A stretch of DNA of 64,000 nucleotides from an uncultured Oscillospiraceae bacterium. Lineage in GTDB: Bacteria; Bacillota; Clostridia; Oscillospirales; Oscillospiraceae. Where the stretch lies: NCBI GenBank assembly GCA_949841355.1, contig CATKZP010000001.1:173682-237681 (forward strand), written 5' to 3'. The position numbers were made by a program, and so were the translations under genes. The notes under the pieces are model-generated. The model had not been told where the DNA came from. It searched no databases and saw only the letters and a list, made by a program, of their open reading frames with translations. Below, piece by piece: positions 48,314 to 57,067 of this stretch (the stretch's first letter is position 1; each line of letters starts with the position of its first letter).

Positions 48314-49714
48314 TCAGTAAACGAACGAGTAAGCAAAAGGCTGCTGCCCGGTTTCGATTTCTAAAAACGCATTTGCGGATGCGTCCACCATGTCCTTGAA
48401 CTTCCCGTCCGGGAAATTCTCCAGTTGGAGCAGATACGGCTCGTTCCATTCGCCGGCGAGTATGTCGAAATTGCCCGCCTGCCACTGGGCGGCCATGGGC
48501 TCCGCTCTGGTCGCCTTGCTGCCGGACTCCAGTTCGGTGGTCACATTGAAGCCAGACAGGAATTTGATGTAGGACTCCGCCTGCTCCTTTCCCGCTTGTC
48601 CGGGGTCCTGTGGGAGCCGGATGCGCACATCGCCGTATTTGTCCCGGTCCATTTGCGCCGTCATTAGAATGGTCTTGCGCACATCGGAGGCTGCCATCTG
48701 CCTGTTTACCACATCCGCGATGATATACCGCCCGTTGCTGCGCTTGCCCATGAGGACTCCTGCGGTATAGGCGGGGTCACCCTTCTGTGTTTTCTCGGAT
48801 GCCGCCAAGTCCCAGCACCGCACCCAGCGCACAACGTCCGTAGGCACGGCGTCCAGTCTTTTTCCAAGCTGGGCGCGCTTGAAGAACAGCCCGGCGGCAG
48901 CTTTGATTTTCCAGTTGCCGTGCAGGAGCCGTTCCCGCTCCACGAGGGCCATGGCCTCCAGATTGGCGAGGTAGCCGGGGTCCTTCTCCAGCAGGAGTTT
49001 GTTATCGTAGACCGAAGCGGCAATAAAGGTAACGGACTTGGGCTTGTCCCGCTCCGTCTTTGTGGTGAGATTGAACCGTTCCCACAGTTCTTCGCGGGTG
49101 TCGGCCCAATGGATGACCTCCTCAATTCGGATGAACCAGCGGATTACCCCGCTGCGCTCCGGGATGGCATATCCTGTTTTCGGGTCGATCCACCACTCGA
49201 TAAACTTGGCAACCCAGCTGTCAGGGTCGGGGTTGCATGATGCTCGCGTATACGGCTTTACGCCACAAAGTGAGCGATTTCGGGAGAACATATAAAAAAA
49301 CGTCTTTTCGCTGAAGTGGGTCAACTCATCGAAATACAGGGCGCATATTTGGCTCCCCTGCCATTTTCCGAGGTCTAAATCCCGCTCGATATGTTTGAAG
49401 CTGACCTTGGAGCACGTTCGGCCTTTGGGGTTCATGAACTTCCACTGGCATCTTCCCAGGACTGGGACAGCATTCGGAAGGCCCGTATACAGATCGAGCG
49501 AAGTGTCCCACAAACCACCCTCGGAGAATATCTGATTGTGGTTCTTGCGGAAAAACACCGCACCGAAACCCTGCACATGGGTATAGTGGAGCGCGTCCAG
49601 CAGCATACCGTAGGTCTTTCCGCCGCCGGCCGCGCCGCCATAGATCACCACATCTGCCGGAGAGGACAGAAACGCCTCCTGCGGTCCCGGCTGTGGTCTG
49701 ATCTCCTTGTCCAT
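48314..49714 (-). CDS. Terminase large subunit
   Basis: PQPGPQEAFL, GGAAGGGKT, YFDELTHF, RCWDLAA, KDMVDA. Confidence 0.93.
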   Translation of the reverse strand: MDKEIRPQPGPQEAFLSSPADVVIYGGAAGGGKTYGMLLDALHYTHVQGFGAVFFRKNHNQIFSEGGLWDTSLDLYTGLPNAVPVLGRCQWKFMNPKGRTCSKVSFKHIERDLDLGKWQGSQICALYFDELTHFSEKTFFYMFSRNRSLCGVKPYTRASCNPDPDSWVAKFIEWWIDPKTGYAIPERSGVIRWFIRIEEVIHWADTREELWERFNLTTKTERDKPKSVTFIAASVYDNKLLLEKDPGYLANLEAMALVERERLLHGNWKIKAAAGLFFKRAQLGKRLDAVPTDVVRWVRCWDLAASEKTQKGDPAYTAGVLMGKRSNGRYIIADVVNRQMAASDVRKTILMTAQMDRDKYGDVRIRLPQDPGQAGKEQAESYIKFLSGFNVTTELESGSKATRAEPMAAQWQAGNFDILAGEWNEPYLLQLENFPDGKFKDMVDASANAFLEIETGQQPFAYSFVY

Positions 49715-49717
49715 ACA

Positions 49718-50209
49718 CTATCCCCCTCTTCCGTTGTCGGGCAGGTAGATGTGTACGGTCTCCTTTTCCCCTTCTTCAGAGCCAGACGCCTCAGCCGCAG
49801 CTTTCTTTGTTTCCAGCTCCTGCCTGAACCGCAGTTCTTCCTTTCGCAGTTTCAGCTCCTGTTTTTTCATATCCAGATGGGGGCTGTCCCCGCCGGTATC
49901 CCGAATAAACTCAGCGGCCCGGACGTCACCCCGGATTGCTTTCATCAGAATACCGGCCAGCATCACGTCCTGATAAGTGGCGTCCTCCACGTCGATGCCG
50001 AGCGCCAGCAGCCGCGGCGTGACCTTCTCCACGAACTCCTGCTCACTGACGTCCAGGCCGGCACCCAGCAGGGCATTCAGCGTCTGCCGCATGGTTTTTC
50101 TCCGCCGTCTGGCCGCCCCGGACGCCACGCCGCCCTTCTTGCCGTTTTTCACGGCTTCATCATGGCTTTGGTCGCTGGTAAACGGTATTAGATTCTTCTC
50201 ATTTGCCAT
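49718..50209 (-). CDS. Terminase small subunit (KGG-motif type)
   Basis: NLIPF..AVKNGKKGGVASGAARRRRK, KAIRGDVRAAEFIRDT; directly upstream of TerL. Confidence 0.72.
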   Translation of the reverse strand: MANEKNLIPFTSDQSHDEAVKNGKKGGVASGAARRRRKTMRQTLNALLGAGLDVSEQEFVEKVTPRLLALGIDVEDATYQDVMLAGILMKAIRGDVRAAEFIRDTGGDSPHLDMKKQELKLRKEELRFRQELETKKAAAEASGSEEGEKETVHIYLPDNGRGG

Positions 50210-50261
50210 ACCACCACCTTCCCCCTATACGCCCCCTTCGCGCCATATAGCTGGCATTCCA

Positions 50262-50579
50262 TCAGACTGGCCATCCCTTGAATTCCTTGGCCTCTTGTTC
50301 GGCAATATCCGCTTTGGCCTTCTTGATGCGCACCTCGGCTTCCAGCGCCTCCCGCTCCAAGGCATCTTTGCGGCCAGCCGCCTTGTCCCGAAGGTACTGT
50401 ATATAAGCCTGGGTGGACTCCACCACGTTATAGCGTTTCCCGGCGGGGGTGTCCCTTTTCTTCAGTACACCATCTCTGGTGAGTTGGCTGATGCTCTGGG
50501 CGGACAGGGTTAACAGCCTCGCCAGGTCTTCCGCCTTGCAATAGCCAGGGGTTTCTTCAATCGTTCCGTTTCTTGGCAA
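50262..50579 (-). CDS. Nu1-like (lambda TerS-type) winged-helix protein, apparently C-terminally short
   Basis: LARLLTLSAQSISQLTRDGVL..RYNVVESTQAYIQYLR..LEAEVRIKKAKADIAE. Confidence 0.6.
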   Translation of the reverse strand: MPRNGTIEETPGYCKAEDLARLLTLSAQSISQLTRDGVLKKRDTPAGKRYNVVESTQAYIQYLRDKAAGRKDALEREALEAEVRIKKAKADIAEQEAKEFKGWPV

Positions 50580-50662
50580 CTTTATCGCCCTTTCTGAAAA
50601 ATAGCAGCACAAAACAGGCGGACGGCCCAAATTGGAGCCGCCCGCCGTCTCGCCGGTTATAT

Positions 50663-50857
50663 TTACATCTGGTGCCGATGGATGGTGTCGAGGATGCGCT
50701 CCTGCTCATCCGCACCCACACCGATGCTCTCCAGCGCCTCTCGTGTCCCACAGTCGGGGCAGATGGGGCCGCTGTTGTCCCTGGCCATGGCTGGGCGCTC
50801 GGTGTATGTCCGCCCGCACCTGGGGCAGACGTGCTCGCTCACTGTTTTGTCGCGCAT
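50663..50857 (-). CDS. Small zinc-ribbon protein
   Basis: CPRCG and CPDCG pairs. Confidence 0.65.
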   Translation of the reverse strand: MRDKTVSEHVCPRCGRTYTERPAMARDNSGPICPDCGTREALESIGVGADEQERILDTIHRHQM

Positions 50858-51321
50858 AAAACTGCCTCCCCTTTACTGTCTGCGTATGCATCCAGAAGGA
50901 TGCGCGGGTCAAAGCCAAAGCTCCGATACCCTTGTGTGCAGGTGATGAAGTAGGAATTGCTGGGCGTTCCGAGGGGCCTGTCCGCGTACATGGCGTAGGC
51001 AAAACCCTCCAGGGTGCGCACCTCGCCGGAGCCGGCCAGCGTTACCTCCAGTTCCATGTCCATCTTGTGGTAGAACACGGGGTAGCCCTCATAGCGGTCG
51101 AGGCTGCGCTCATCCGCCGCCGTGACCTCCCACACCGCCACTGGCACCCTGCCTCCCTCCCATGGTTCAATGGTGAGGTAGGAGCCGGTCTTGCTCCCCT
51201 TGAACAGCAGTCGGTAGTTCTCGATGACTGCGGTGCCGACAACAGTCGCCCCAGGGCAGCGTCCCCGCATCTGCGGCAGGTTGAGGTTGCTGCCGTAGGC
51301 AATGTAAAACCTTTTCGCCAT
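50839..51321 (-). CDS. Gamma-glutamylcyclotransferase (AIG2-like) family protein
   Basis: YIAYGSNL, LDRYEGYP..Y motifs. Confidence 0.88.
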   Translation of the reverse strand: MAKRFYIAYGSNLNLPQMRGRCPGATVVGTAVIENYRLLFKGSKTGSYLTIEPWEGGRVPVAVWEVTAADERSLDRYEGYPVFYHKMDMELEVTLAGSGEVRTLEGFAYAMYADRPLGTPSNSYFITCTQGYRSFGFDPRILLDAYADSKGEAVLCATKQ

Positions 51322-51412
51322 TTCCGATCCGTCCTTTCCGAAGGGCATCCCCTTCTACTGCCTAAAGCCCGCTTGTGGCGGGTTAGGCGGGGCGGTGCGG
51401 AGCCGGGGTGGG

Positions 51413-52363
51413 TCAGGCGGCCCTTCCGTTGCGGAAGGCCGCGTTCCCGGCGAGGCGGCGGGTCAGGAGGTCGCGGGCGGTGGCGAATTCCTCTCCGATG
51501 AACCCCAGCCGGAGGAGCCAAGTCCTCATGGCGTACTTGGGGTTGTCGGTCTGTTGGGGCTTGGGGCTGGCGTTCTTGAGGGCTTTGGCCATTTGGCTGA
51601 GGGCCAGGCAAAGCTGGATGTAGCTTTTCAGTTGTCCGGCGTGGAGGCCGTTCTTGCGATCGGTGGTCGGTGCGTCGAACTGAAAAAGGCGGAACTCAAT
51701 CGTGCCTTTGGTGAAGGTGGCGTGGAGGTTGAGCATATGGTAGCGGCTCTCGTTGTAGTGGGCGCTGCGGCTCTCGTAGCTCCTGCTGTTGCAGGTGTAC
51801 CAAACCTCGGCAAGGTCGGCCATTGTGGTGGGCTTTTGCCGGTTCAGCTTGTCCAAAAAGGCGGGGTTCACCGTTTTGCAGTAGTGGCTCATCCGGCCCC
51901 GGTCGAGGTTGAGGGCGTCCGCCAGGAGGCGTTCATGGCTGGCCATGATGTTGGCCAGGTTCCGCAGGCTCTGCGGGGTGTGGCCCTTGGCTCCGATGTG
52001 GATGTGGACTCCGCAACCCCTGGTGGCGTCGCTCTTGGCCCCGGCCTTGCGCAGGTGCCTGACCAACCCTTGGAGGAGGTCCATGTCGGCGTAGGTCAGG
52101 ATCGGAGTGACCATCTCGCACTTTTCGCTGTCCGGCCCGTGGATGCTGACGTCCTTCTGGAACTTCCACTCGCGGCCCTGGGCGTCCCAGGCGGACCAGG
52201 TCATGTAACCGTTGCGGGTGGCGGTGTTCTGGTAGCGGCGGGTGCCGAAGAACTCGGCGGCCAGCTTGGCGGCCTTGCTCCGCTCGATGTTGTTCATCTC
52301 GACCTCAACCCCGATGGTCTGCTTCTTCATCTCGGCGACCTGGTTCATCAGCTTCTCGTTCAT
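51413..52363 (-). CDS. Amidoligase (COOH-NH2 ligase type 2) family protein
   Basis: IGVEVEM, EMVTP, GCGVHIHIG, RYHMLN, TIEFRLF. Confidence 0.88.
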   Translation of the reverse strand: MNEKLMNQVAEMKKQTIGVEVEMNNIERSKAAKLAAEFFGTRRYQNTATRNGYMTWSAWDAQGREWKFQKDVSIHGPDSEKCEMVTPILTYADMDLLQGLVRHLRKAGAKSDATRGCGVHIHIGAKGHTPQSLRNLANIMASHERLLADALNLDRGRMSHYCKTVNPAFLDKLNRQKPTTMADLAEVWYTCNSRSYESRSAHYNESRYHMLNLHATFTKGTIEFRLFQFDAPTTDRKNGLHAGQLKSYIQLCLALSQMAKALKNASPKPQQTDNPKYAMRTWLLRLGFIGEEFATARDLLTRRLAGNAAFRNGRAA

Positions 52364-52391
52364 TGTGTTGTCCTCCGTTTGTTGTGTTTTC

Positions 52392-52486
52392 CCTTTCGGT
52401 AGTGTATTAATCACTCTAAACGGAGTTAATAGCAAGTTATTTCGAGCCATAAAGTACACAAGGATGTGGGGCTTGTTTTGGTGTAT
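52392..52486 (-). promoter_or_regulatory. Repeat element copy 4 (drives amidoligase)
   Basis: Minus strand TTGCTA-17-GATTAATACACTACCGAAAGG with a degenerate inverted repeat (GTACACAA at 52454) 18 nt upstream. Confidence 0.78.
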
Positions 52487-53149
52487 TTACACCGCCTTGC
52501 CGCCGGATTTGAAGGCCGAGGAGCCGGTGAGGTTACGGAGCAGAATCTTCCGCTCCTCCTTGTACTCGGCCCCGATGAAGCCCAGCCGGAGGAGGAAACA
52601 CCGGAATGCGTACTTGTCGTTGTCGGTGTCCTTATCCTTGGCGGTGATGCGCTTCTGGTTCCGCGCCATGTCGCAGAGCGCGGTGATCAGGTGCGTGTAT
52701 GCCTTGACCTCCTCGGCGGTGGTCTCACCGCTGAACCAGGGGAAGGAAACCGTGTCGGCCTCCACCTGGACCGGCAGCAGGTCAACACCCAGGGCCTTGC
52801 GGATCAGCCGCCCCTTGGCGGCGATGAGGCTGTGGAGGTTGTTGAGGGCCTCCGGGGTGAAGCTGTCCGCGGGCATCTGAATGGTGAGCCCATCGTGCGC
52901 CGAGGGCTGCTCCGCCCCGGCGTCGGCCTCAAAGCCCATGCTGGCCAGTCGCTCGATGAGGTTCTCGATCTCCTCGCTGTCGGCCCGGTCGTCGAAGGTG
53001 ACGGTGCCGCTGCGGTCAATGGTGAAATAGTCCACTTGGTAGGCAAAGCTGGGGGCGCCCAGGTACTTGGCCTCGGCCCCGGTGATGTTGGCGATGGCAT
53101 CGACCAGAGACTTGCGGTCGGCCCCGGTGCGGTTGTATTTGATTGTCAT
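52487..53149 (-). CDS. Conserved phage protein (commonly labelled virulence-related protein)
   Basis: YLGAPSFAYQVD..IDRSG, VSFPWF, KYAFRCFLLRLGFIG. Confidence 0.7.
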   Translation of the reverse strand: MTIKYNRTGADRKSLVDAIANITGAEAKYLGAPSFAYQVDYFTIDRSGTVTFDDRADSEEIENLIERLASMGFEADAGAEQPSAHDGLTIQMPADSFTPEALNNLHSLIAAKGRLIRKALGVDLLPVQVEADTVSFPWFSGETTAEEVKAYTHLITALCDMARNQKRITAKDKDTDNDKYAFRCFLLRLGFIGAEYKEERKILLRNLTGSSAFKSGGKAV

Positions 53150-53176
53150 GGCTGTCTGCCTCCTTGCTTTTGTTGG

Positions 53177-53260
53177 CTACATATATCACTCTGTAGGCCA
53201 CAAATAGCAAGTCATTTCTCAGCCTGACTATCACAAATTATCCAGGCCACTCTTGTGTAG
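53177..53260 (-). promoter_or_regulatory. Repeat element copy 5
   Basis: CTATCACAA(53228)-N16-TTGTGTAG(53260); minus TGACTTGCTA-17-GATATATGTAG. Confidence 0.72.
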
Positions 53261-54824
53261 ACCACACAATGCCAGCCAGCACAAAGAACACATTGGGCAG
53301 CGCGACCCCGTTCCCCCACATTTTGTACTCGGCAGAATCCGAATGCGGAGACTGCAGCCAGCTGACGATCTGGTTCCTTGTCTTGGGCTTGGTGGCCGCC
53401 CCTATGATCCTGCGGTGGGTCTCCCAGACCTCCGACCAGAAGGTGATGTCCTCCTCTGTCGGCTCCGGGGTCTCCAGGCCGGCGCACCACCAGTCCGGGA
53501 ACCCCTGTAACCTGGCACACTCTGTGGGGGTCAGCCTTCTCACGGTGTATCCCCGGTTGACTGCTGTTGGGTCTTTGAAATCCCGCGCCAGCAGCGTGGG
53601 GGCCTGCTCCTTACTGACCTGTGGAAATCCGCACATGGTCATGGCGTAGGCCGCAGGGTCAGCCACCACCGCCACCCCGCCCTGGTTGGAATCCGGGGGA
53701 TTGCCCCCGGTGTCGATAGTCCTGGCGGTGTCCGTCTCGTAAACGTTCTGTCGGGCGTTTCTTGTGCCCTCCGAAGTGAAACGGACATCGTATGTCCGCA
53801 TCCCCACCACAAAGGGCTGGTTGTTGCCCCCGGTGCCGTAGGTAGAGCTGACCGTGGGAGCAGTATCGAGGGGGCCGGTGTAGCGCGTGTCCTGGCTGTG
53901 GTTCTCATACACAGCGGCGGGGACCACCCCGGCCCGGAGCGTTGGGGAGCACTCCTCGCCATAGCCGATAGACCGGCTTGCGGCGGAATGCTCCGTGCAG
54001 AAGCCTGCCGCCATCACACAGGGCGGGTGGCCGTGGCTCTCCGCCCGGAGGGTGCTGGCCACCTCCTCCGAGATGTCCATGCGGCCCCCGCCCTGGTCGT
54101 TCAAGCAGATCCCGCCTGCAGCTCCAGTGCCCGCCGAAGGATATCGGGCAGCTCTTTGCCACGTGCGGAAGCTCGCCGCAGAATACCCAGACAGGCCCTC
54201 GGACTCAAAGAGTACCCGTCCGGCGCATTGGCCTCTAAGATCTCCGACAAGGTAACAGCGGCGCCTTCGCTGGGGGACTCCCCAGAATTGTGCATCAAAA
54301 ACTCTGTACGCAATGCTCCATCGGTCTCCCATGTAAATGTCGGCGTAGGGCCATCGGTTTTTCTCAGGCATAGGCACCGAGGCCCCCGGCTCTGCGATAC
54401 CGATGACCGCATCGAGGACCGCCTTGAAGTCGAAGCCCTGATTCGAGCTGAAGGCCCCAACAACGTTCTCCCAGCAGACCCAGCGCGGGTATTGTCCATT
54501 GGTTGCACACCTCATTTCTTTGATGATGCGGATGGCCTGATAGAAAAGGGAGGACTGTGCCCCCTCCAGACCGGCCCGCTTGCCGGCGATGCTCATGTCG
54601 GTGCAGGGTGAGCCGAAGGTGATGATGTCCACCGGCTCGATCTCCGCGCCGTTGATAGAGGACACGTCTCCCAGATGCCGCATCCCCGGCAGCCGCTTTG
54701 TGGTTACCCGGATGGGGAACGGCTCGATTTCTGAGGCCCACACCGGGGTAACGCCAGCCAGCAGGCCGCCCAAGGGGAAGCCCCCGGAGCCGTCAAACAG
54801 GCTCCCCAGCTTTAACCTATCCAC
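53238..54824 (-). CDS. DNA cytosine-5 methyltransferase
   Basis: SLFDGSGG (motif I), FGSPC (IV), WENV (VI), PQRRRR (VIII), LTPTECARLQGFP, GNGV. Confidence 0.93.
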   Translation of the reverse strand: MDRLKLGSLFDGSGGFPLGGLLAGVTPVWASEIEPFPIRVTTKRLPGMRHLGDVSSINGAEIEPVDIITFGSPCTDMSIAGKRAGLEGAQSSLFYQAIRIIKEMRCATNGQYPRWVCWENVVGAFSSNQGFDFKAVLDAVIGIAEPGASVPMPEKNRWPYADIYMGDRWSIAYRVFDAQFWGVPQRRRRCYLVGDLRGQCAGRVLFESEGLSGYSAASFRTWQRAARYPSAGTGAAGGICLNDQGGGRMDISEEVASTLRAESHGHPPCVMAAGFCTEHSAASRSIGYGEECSPTLRAGVVPAAVYENHSQDTRYTGPLDTAPTVSSTYGTGGNNQPFVVGMRTYDVRFTSEGTRNARQNVYETDTARTIDTGGNPPDSNQGGVAVVADPAAYAMTMCGFPQVSKEQAPTLLARDFKDPTAVNRGYTVRRLTPTECARLQGFPDWWCAGLETPEPTEEDITFWSEVWETHRRIIGAATKPKTRNQIVSWLQSPHSDSAEYKMWGNGVALPNVFFVLAGIVWSTQEWPG

Positions 54825-56064
54825 CGGCGCCGACCTCTTTGACCAGGTCTGCGTAGGGGATACGCTCCCCGTCTCGAAGGACGTGGATGCCGCAGGTGTC
54901 CCCGGAGCCCTCCGCATAGCGACGGAGGATGACGGAGGCATATTTCTCATCCAGTTCCATCGTGTGGCAGATCCGCCCCAGCTGCTCACAGGCCATAAGG
55001 GTGGAGCCGGAGCCGCCGAAGGTATCCAGAACGATGGCGTTCTCCTGGGATGAGTTTTGAATTGGATAGCCCAGTAGATCCAGCGGCTTGGAGGTAGGGT
55101 GGTTCTCGTTCCGCTTGGGCTTGTCGTAGTTCCAGATGGTGGTCTGCTTGCGGTCGGAATACCAGCGGTGCTTGCCGTTCTGAAGGAAGCCGTACAGAAC
55201 CGGCTCATGCTGCCACTGGTAGTCGCTGCGGCCCAGCACCAGGGAGTTCTTCACCCAGATACACACCCCAGCCAGGTGCAGGCCAGCGTCAATGAACGCC
55301 CGGCGGAAATTGAGCCCCTCCGTATCCGCATGAAAAACATAGGCCGCCCCTCCTGGCTCCAGGTGGGCGACCATGTTTGTAAGGGATTGGAGGAGAAAAC
55401 GGTAAAAGTCATCCCCCTTGATGGAGTCGTTTTGAATGGTCAGCCCATCCGAGGACTTGAAGGAGACGCCATAGGGGGGATCGGTCAGGATGAGGTTGGC
55501 CTTCTTCCCGTCCATCAGCGTGGCCACGTCCTCGACGGAGGTGGCATCGCCGCACATCAGGCGGTGCCTGCCCACCGTCCAGACATCGCCCCGCTTCACG
55601 AAGGAGGCTTTCTCCAGGGCAGTGGTGAGGTCGAACCCGTCATCGTGCGCAGTCGCTTTGGTGAGGTCTGCGAACATGGAGGAGAGCTCCTGCTCGTCAA
55701 AGCCTGTGGGATACACATCCACGCCGCCGGCAGTGAGCTCGGCCAGCAGGGACGTCAGCTTTTCATCATCCCATTCGCCAGTGATCTTGTTGAGAGCGAT
55801 GTTCAGCCGCTTTTCGTCCACCTCGGACAGCTCGACCACGCTGACCTCGCTCTCCTCCACCCCCAGATCTAAAAGGACGCGGAGCCGCTGGTGGCCGCCG
55901 ATCACACTCCCTGTGCTGCGGTTCCACACGATGGGCTCCACGTTCCCGAAGGAGAGGATGGACGCCTTCAGCTTTTCATAGGCCGGATCTCCCGGCTTGA
56001 GAGCCTTCCGGGGGTTGTACTCCGCCGGGTTCAGCTCCGATAATTTCATCTTCACAATTTCCAT
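54817..56064 (-). CDS. ParB-N-terminal + N4/N6 DNA methyltransferase
   Basis: YNPRK..GGHQRL ParB-like domain; LTDPPY; HPTSKP; LDTFGGSGST. Confidence 0.92.
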   Translation of the reverse strand: MEIVKMKLSELNPAEYNPRKALKPGDPAYEKLKASILSFGNVEPIVWNRSTGSVIGGHQRLRVLLDLGVEESEVSVVELSEVDEKRLNIALNKITGEWDDEKLTSLLAELTAGGVDVYPTGFDEQELSSMFADLTKATAHDDGFDLTTALEKASFVKRGDVWTVGRHRLMCGDATSVEDVATLMDGKKANLILTDPPYGVSFKSSDGLTIQNDSIKGDDFYRFLLQSLTNMVAHLEPGGAAYVFHADTEGLNFRRAFIDAGLHLAGVCIWVKNSLVLGRSDYQWQHEPVLYGFLQNGKHRWYSDRKQTTIWNYDKPKRNENHPTSKPLDLLGYPIQNSSQENAIVLDTFGGSGSTLMACEQLGRICHTMELDEKYASVILRRYAEGSGDTCGIHVLRDGERIPYADLVKEVGAGG

Positions 56065-56264
56065 CGTGAAGACCTCCTTTTGTCGTCTGTCACCGCTGTA
56101 CGACGCTGGCGGTCGCCGTACCCGATGCAAGACCACGCGCAAAGGAGAGAAAGCGCGGAGCCAAAAACCTCCCTTCAAAAAGGATGGCGGCCCTCCTGCA
56201 GGAGAGCCGCCTGGCTGATTTAGGATTTTCGCAAGCCTACCATAACACAAAGCGGCAGCGTTCG

Positions 56265-56684
56265 TCAACGCTCGCGGGTGTTCGCGCCGCTACAACTTTT
56301 CAGATGTCGGTAGCATATGGCCCTGACGCTGTTCGCCGTGTTCCTGCCGCCGATGGCCTCGGCCACCTGGAGCCAGGTCATGCAGTGGATGAACCGCAGG
56401 CGGAAGATCATGCGGGTCTGGTCGTCTTTGATGGCACCGATGTACTTCTCCAGCTTTTTCTTTTCCTCGGCGCACCTCTGTTCGAGGTAATCGATCTTGC
56501 TTTGCAGTTCCCAGAGTTCAGCGGCCAGATTGCCCACCTTGTCTGATACCCCTGGCGCATGGGGCATTCCCGTGATCACCTGCGCCCCCGGCCCTGCCGC
56601 TGCGTACAGGGATGAGAGCATCTCCCGGTTCCGCTCCAACCGCTCGTGTAGCTTATAGTATTTCGATAGTTCCTGCAGCGTCAT
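56265..56684 (-). CDS. Late-gene activator, ArpU/RinA/DUF1492-like
   Basis: RMIFRLRFIHCMTWLQVAEAIG C-terminal HTH; position just upstream of the late operon. Confidence 0.7.
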   Translation of the reverse strand: MTLQELSKYYKLHERLERNREMLSSLYAAAGPGAQVITGMPHAPGVSDKVGNLAAELWELQSKIDYLEQRCAEEKKKLEKYIGAIKDDQTRMIFRLRFIHCMTWLQVAEAIGGRNTANSVRAICYRHLKSCSGANTRER

Positions 56685-56714
56685 GCCACCAGCCCCTCCG
56701 TGTTATGTATTACT

Positions 56715-56906
56715 TCAAAATCCCAGACGTTTGGGATTTTGGCCCGGTTTCTCTTTGTGCCAAACTGAACCTGTTTTCGTGAAGTGCATCCAGCCGCGCC
56801 CCGGCTCATATCGGGCCGCAGGTTTCTTGCAGGCTGGGCAGTAGATGGACGGATGCACACCTGCGGACTGCATCCCGCCCCGGCTGTTCCCGCTCCTTCT
56901 GCTCAT
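56715..56906 (-). CDS. Small hypothetical protein (CxxC)
   Basis: ATGA-coupled in operon. Confidence 0.5.
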   Translation of the reverse strand: MSRRSGNSRGGMQSAGVHPSIYCPACKKPAARYEPGRGWMHFTKTGSVWHKEKPGQNPKRLGF

Positions 56907-57067
56907 ACGCTATCCTTCTTTGGCTCATAGCGGGTAAAATCCACCGGGTGCTTTGGATTCATGACAGAAAGCACAATGTCCTCATTGCTTATGCACCAAT
57001 CTGAGATTGGGCATCTCCCATCAGAAAAATGACTGCACGATCCGCACGGCGTTCCTGTGGTCTTCAC
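56903..57067 (-). CDS. Small Cys-rich hypothetical protein (54 aa, not in ORF track)
   Basis: GTG start and TGA stop both overlap neighbours; CGSC..C..C. Confidence 0.55.
   Translation of the reverse strand: MKTTGTPCGSCSHFSDGRCPISDWCISNEDIVLSVMNPKHPVDFTRYEPKKDSV

Noticed and set aside
53238-55208. 656-aa form of the C5 methyltransferase
   Set aside because: The first 128 codons overlap the upstream MTase in another frame; motif I starts right after GTG 54824
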